Of a stretch of DNA of 35,916 nucleotides, positions 33,434-35,916 are shown piece by piece. How positions within the stretch are numbered: position 1 is the first letter of the stretch; each line of letters opens with the position of its first letter. The position numbers were made by a program, and so were the translations under genes. This DNA comes from Fonticula alba ATCC 38817 (taxonomy: Eukaryota > Protista > Nucleariida), in the NCBI GenBank assembly GCA_000388065.2, contig KB932203.1. The stretch is one strand, 5' to 3'. The notes beneath the pieces were generated by a model. That model was not told the origin of the DNA. It worked only from the letters and a program-made list of their open reading frames with translations, and did not search any database.

Positions 33434-35866
33434 TTACTTGGCCTCCTCGTCCATGGTGGCACGCTTCTCGAGCTTGAGCTTGTCCCCGGTCAGACGCTGT
33501 TGGCGCGACAACCGGAAAGCAGGGGGCAGCAGCACACAGGCGACAGGGGAAGAGAGACGGACAGAGGGGAGGAGGACAGGGAGGCGTACAGGAGAAGAGC
33601 GTGTCAGTCTCAGGGGAGGAGGGCAGGGGGGGGGGGCTGAGAAAGTGGCAATTGCCAGCAGGGCCAAACAACTTGCTCCCCAGCATGGCATAGGAGCGAG
33701 GCGCACGCACCTGGTAGATGTCGTTGACGTCCTGGGTGACCGAGATGAAGTGAGAGGTGGCATCGTAGGACTTGGACACGAAGATGTTCGAAGAGCGACC
33801 ATCGTCGAGAGGGACGCAGACGTCGTAGATCTTGACGAACCTGATCAGGAGGGGAGCAGAAGGACACGAGAGTCAGCAAGAGGGGATACGCGAAAGGAGA
33901 TGGATGAATGGGGACACAGAGCGAGAGAGAGAGAGAGAGAGGGGGGGGGAGAGAGACAGCCATCAGGCAGCCACTGCATGAGGGGAAGAAGAGCATGCAG
34001 GGGCGCGCGACACGCACTTCTCCACAATCGGGCCAAGGAGGTTGAGGGCAATCTGGATCTCGCGCTCCGGGTCGTTGGTCTCGACGACGGTAGACACAAT
34101 GGCGATGTAGTGGCCCTTGGCGGCGACGTCATGGGCGTAGGAAGTGACGGCGACATAGATGTCATGCTTGCGGCCGACCTGGCTCATGGGGATGATGAGC
34201 TGCAGGGAGTCGGCGTTGTCGGTGTTGGGGACCGGGTTGTTGAGGATGCAAATGGCACGGATGACGCGGTTGGTGACCTTGGTCTCGATGCCGCCGGAGG
34301 CAGCGTACGAGGGGTCGCAAATGACGGCCGAGCACTTGGCCATCTCGTCCTTGGAGCTGACACCGATCACCTTGCCATCCTCACCGCGGACAATCTTGAT
34401 GTCAGGCATGGCCAGCATGTAGGTGCCGCCGAAGACGGCAGACAGGCTGAAGGCAGCAGACGAAGGGGGGGGGAGGGGAGAAAAGGCGGAGGTCAGAGGG
34501 GCACATGCACACACGGTGGGCGCGGCTACGGGGGGGGGGGGGGGGAGCGGAGGAGATATGGCAGCCGGGAGATGGCCGGAGAAGACGCACCGGGCAAAAG
34601 ACTGAGGGAGCTCGCCCAGACCGTAGCGGGGGTAGATGTAGGGGGAGGTGCTGGCACGACGGAGAGAGGTCGAGTAGAGGACCATGGCATTGTAGATCTC
34701 GCTGAAGGGCAGCTGCAGGAAGGAGTCATCCTGGAAGAGGCACATCGAGTGGCCGATGATCTCCTGCACGTCAGGAGTGAGCTTGAAGTACTTGAACACG
34801 TCGGAGGCGGTCATCTTCTTGAAGTCCAGGTTGTCGTGGGTGCTCGGGTCGGCCGGGTCATACTTGGCGATGAACTCGAAGAAGGAGCGCGCGCGGATCT
34901 TCTCCATGAAGCCAAAGAGCGAGGACATGAGGGCCTCGTTGGGAGTGGCGGGGATCTTAAAGGGGAGGGAGGGCGGGGTCAGGAGGGAGCACAAAGCAAG
35001 TGCGAGGACAAGTGACCGGGAGGAGCGGGGGGGCATATGAAAGAGACGAGCGACGAGAGGCGCACCGGAAAGACCGCCCGAAAGGATGACGGCCACAATG
35101 AGCAGGACCGTCGAGACCACGAGCGCCAGGAGCCGGTTCCGGGGCCACGAATTCAGGACAATCGCCTCCATGGCTCACGGGGCGGGGCTGACGATGGAGC
35201 GAAGGGCGACGGCGCGGGGAGGGGGNNNNNNNNNNNNNNNNNNNNNNNNNNNNNNNNNNNNNNNNNNNNNNNNNNNNNNNNNNNNNNNNNNNNNNNNNNN
35301 NNNNNNNNNNNNNNNNNNNNNNNNNNNNNNNNNNNNNNNNNNNNNNNNNNNNNNNNNNNNNNNNNNNNNNNNNNNNNNNNNNNNNNNNNNNNNNNNNNNN
35401 NNNNNNNNNNNGGGGGAAGGCACCTTGTCAATCTTGCCCTTGCGGTAGACGTAGCTGCCGGCGATCTGCTTGAACTCCAGGTAGCGGACGACATCGGTGA
35501 AAATGAGGATGTCGACGAGCTCCTCCGAGGCAAGCATCAGCTTCGGGATGAGGTCGATGTTGTAGTCGCGGTCGGTACCGAGGGAGGAGGGGGGAGTGCC
35601 CTTGTCGAAGGTGGTGTACAGCTGGGAAAGGGTCATCGAGGCGGACTCGCCACCATAGTAGTTGTTGCTGTCCAGGTGCAGGACCTGCGCGCGCACGGAG
35701 AGGAAGAGGGGGACCGTGGAAGGTGAGCAAAGTGGGGAAGGTGCCGCAGAGGGGGGAACGTCCAGGGAGGGGGCGGGCGCACCTTCTTCCCCTGGGTGGA
35801 GAGGATACCACTGAGAATGCACTCAGTGAGGCCGGTGCCAATCACAACAATATCGTAGCTATCGTC
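33434..35866 (-). CDS. GDI1: Rab GDP dissociation inhibitor, 5'-partial (first exon lies beyond the window end)
   Basis: [64 protein letters not shown]|[43 protein letters not shown] motifs; ends ...RATMDEEAK* (TAA at 33436-33434). Confidence 0.95.
35226..35411. other. Assembly gap inside a GDI intron
   Basis: N run flanked by G runs. Confidence 0.99.
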
Positions 35867-35916
35867 CTGGATGAATGGGCAGTGGGGATGTTAGAGACGG
35901 AGGGAAAGGGGGGGGG

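Overview
Eukaryotic, GC-rich, intron-dense nuclear DNA with five N-gaps. The long six-frame ORFs are mostly intron read-throughs or antisense shadows. After splicing at GT-AG sites, seven housekeeping genes are recognisable: EF-1alpha (+), SMC6 (-), PIG-T (+), CPSF1/CPSF160 (+), a Ulp1/SENP SUMO protease (+), GDP-mannose 4,6-dehydratase (-) and a 5'-truncated Rab-GDI (-). EF-1alpha carries the 12-aa opisthokont insertion. Together with C/T-rich introns and high GC, this suggests an early-branching opisthokont protist such as Fonticula (inference, not verified). No rRNA, tRNA, CRISPR array or recognisable transposase was found. The most unusual element is the first ~510 nt: a ~51% GC island without long C/G runs and densely packed with hairpins, including a ~100-nt branched rod and GNRA tetraloops. 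It looks like a structured RNA or a foreign RNA-derived insertion. Other points of interest are 5' splice sites with C/U almost always at +4, and a single stop-free frame running from CPSF1 into the SUMO protease gene.
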